From Sphyrna mokarran (lineage: Eukaryota): DNA of 64,000 bases. Positions 61,509 through 64,000 of this stretch are shown in pieces; position 1 is the stretch's first letter, and each line of letters begins with the position of its first letter. The position numbers were made by a program, and so were the translations under genes. The DNA is taken from assembly GCA_024679065.1 (NCBI GenBank), contig JAGIQG010000018.1, positions 12,276,001 through 12,340,000 of the forward strand, given 5' to 3'. A model generated the notes under the pieces. The model searched no databases. It was given only the letters and a program-made list of their open reading frames with translations, and was not told the DNA's origin.

Positions 61509-63239
61509 TGTTTTAGTTTAGTTACATTATATATTTCACCACGCAGTTGACTTGGACATTCCCATTCAACAGCTTAATAAACGATTGAGATTAAGAGTGC
61601 AATGAAGCAACAGGCAGATTGTTGATTAGACAACCATAACATGATTATTGAAAAAAAAAAGGAAACAAACAATATCTTGAGGTAACAAAGAACAAATACA
61701 GACCAGGGAGCTCTTCCATTCAAATAGATCATGACTGATTGGTGACTAAAACCCATTTACCTGCTTTTGAACCATTTTCCATGATAACCTTATCCGATAA
61801 TCTCATTCTTGAAAGTTTCAGCTGACCCAGCAATCAATCATAACACTTTAGAAAAGACTTGCAGTTTTCTACAGTGCATAGGAAGAAGCAGTTCCTGATT
61901 TCATTCTTAAATGACTTAGTTCTCATTTTTAGATTTTGCCCCGTTGTTGTGAATTCACACTCCAGAGAAAATAGATTGTTCTCATCTATCACAACAAATT
62001 AACTTAAAATTAAGCTTCACAATTAGATCAATAGTCATTCTTTTGTCTTAGAGGAAATATACAGGGTTACATGGGGTATACAGCACAGAAACGGCTTACT
62101 CGGAGTAAGCAGTCCATGCCTGTGTTTATACAAATCAAATTTTGGCAGACTGGCAATGTAACCTTTCAAACTGGTGGTCAGTGTGCATTGCACCATTGCC
62201 AAGTCTTTCATTGCTCAGACTGAAGACAGTATTCCTGATAGATATTAAAACACGCTCTCAAAAACCATGGAGTAGCTCCCCCAATTCTCACCCCATTTCC
62301 TCACTTTGTGTTTCAGACCTGTGATAAAGGTTGCCACTGCATTACCTTCGTTTCTAAACTGTATTTTGTGTGTCTTCACTCACTTTGTGTATAATGAAAT
62401 CCTAGCCACTTTCATTTCTCTAATTTGAAGCTTTTCAATTTAGAAAATATTTGAATTTGAGTATCTCATGTCTAAAGTAAGTGACTTCAGTTCCCTATTC
62501 ACCACGGTTTTGCTCACTCAATCTGTCTCCCTTTAGAACTTCTTACTCATCTGCACCATTTGCTCTGACTCCTAACTTGGTGTTATCCTCAAACTAGGAT
62601 ACAAACAAATGCCATTTGTTCATCCAAACCATTGATAAATGTGGTGAAATATTGAGTCCGCAGAACAGTTCCAGAATGTGTTTATCCACGGCTGTCTCTG
62701 GTCTCAATATTACCACCTCCATCGTAACCAAAACTTACGTAGCACTACTAGCATAATAAAACATCCCATGGATCTTCAAAGAAGTGTAATCTGACAAAAT
62801 ATGACACCAAGATACATGAAGATATCAGGACAGATGACACTGAACTTTAAAGAGATATTTTTAGGGGAACATCTTACATGCAGAAAGAGGCAGAAAGATT
62901 TAGGAAGGAGTTTCCAGAGCTACAGTCTAGGTATTTGGACTGAAAGAATGGGGGGAAAAGAGTGTAGATTCAAAGATTGGGGAGAAACAAATGGAGGGAG
63001 GGACAGAGGTGCAACAGAAGAGTATTACAGGGGCAGTTGGGGTGAGCAGGGGAATTGAAGAGGAGGGGAATGGAGAGAAGAAGAAAAAATACTCCATCAA
63101 TGTAGGAAGTATTGAATATTTTGAAAGGTTAATGCTGAAATATCCATCTTACAAACTGGATCAAAGTGAGCCAAAGAATCAGAAAGATTAAATATTATAG
63201 CATGAAGGAATTTTTGTACAGTATTGTGCTTCTTGTGAA

Positions 63240-63425
63240 AAAAAACATTCCTACTAAATACCCAATTTTTTTCATTATCTGGTCACTGCGAGAGTTTGCT
63301 GTGTGCAATTTAGCTGTTATACTGTTCACAACAGTGACGGCACCTCCAAAGTACTCAACTGGCTGAGAGTACTTGGGGATATTCTGAGATCAGAAAAGAT
63401 ACTTTTTAAATGCAAGTTGTTTTTT
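63240..63425 (+). mobile_element. Deu-domain SINE 3' part with L2-type tail
   Basis: ttgctgtgtgcaatttagctg...acaacagtgac...aaatgcaagttgt. Confidence 0.6.
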
Positions 63426-63471
63426 TTCAAGAAATAGGATAACGGTGGTGGAAAATAGAAGGACTGCCATG

Positions 63472-63697
63472 CACAACAGTCCAAAGACGTGCGAGTTGGA
63501 TTGATTGGTCATGCTAAAAATTGTCCTTTGTGTCCTGAGATGTGTAGGTTAGAGGAATTAGAAATTAGTAGATGAATGTATAAAGATAAGGATATGGGGG
63601 TAGGATCTGGGTGGGATTGTGGTTGTTGCAGACATGATGGGCCAAACAGCCTCTTTCTGTACTATGTACAGAAAGTTGGGTTTCTATGATTTCTGTG
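63472..63697 (+). mobile_element. V-SINE 3' half, HE1-like
   Basis: cagtccaaagacgtgcg...gatgggccaaacagcctctttctgtact. Confidence 0.75.
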
Positions 63698-64000
63698 ATC
63701 CATTATGGATAAAAGTCTGAGAGGTGTACAAAAATTTATTCAAAATATTTGGGCAAATGGAGTTAGAGCACATACATTTCATAAGTGTACAAGAACTACT
63801 TTTTGCCAACCAATTCAATTTTATTAAACATCCAAGATAATCAGGCTGAATGGGGTTAATCATCTGACATTAAATGACAAATCAACATGGATACGTTGTA
63901 AATGTTATATTTGTTTATAATAGCTTGTGGAACTGCAGTGCATACAGACAGGCACATTAACATGTTTCAAAGAAAGAGGTACAAAAATATATTCTAAATG

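Noticed and set aside
1-64000. CRISPR arrays, operons or prokaryotic defence systems
   Set aside because: The sequence is eukaryotic intron/exon DNA; no regularly spaced repeats or long intronless gene clusters were seen

Overview
AT-rich, repeat-dense vertebrate genomic DNA. The repeat content (HE1-like V-SINEs, Deu-domain SINEs, abundant CR1 LINEs, Penelope ends) points to a cartilaginous fish, probably a shark; this is inference. The only intact gene found is RNF216 (TRIAD3, RBR E3 ubiquitin ligase) on the minus strand. Ten consecutive coding exons (34210-60221) have canonical GT-AG borders and join in phase into 1617 nt / 539 codons, covering the acidic N-terminal region, RING1 and the first half of the IBR domain. 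The first exons and the IBR-end/RING2/C-terminal exons were not found, so 1-34209 appears to be one intron of more than 34 kb. Nearly all other ORFs in the track are chance or transposon-derived. The most unusual items are intronic: two copies of an apparent U2-snRNA-derived repeat family sharing non-U2 changes; a young CR1 LINE with a perfect 13-bp TSD carrying a V-SINE core in its 3' UTR; two short Penelope-type fold-back insertions with TSDs, one with a hammerhead-ribozyme-like core; a histone H2B pseudogene and a solo LTR nested in one CR1; and a divergent pair of CTCF-like motifs. Family names come from recalled consensus sequences, not database searches. Repeat boundaries without a TSD are approximate.
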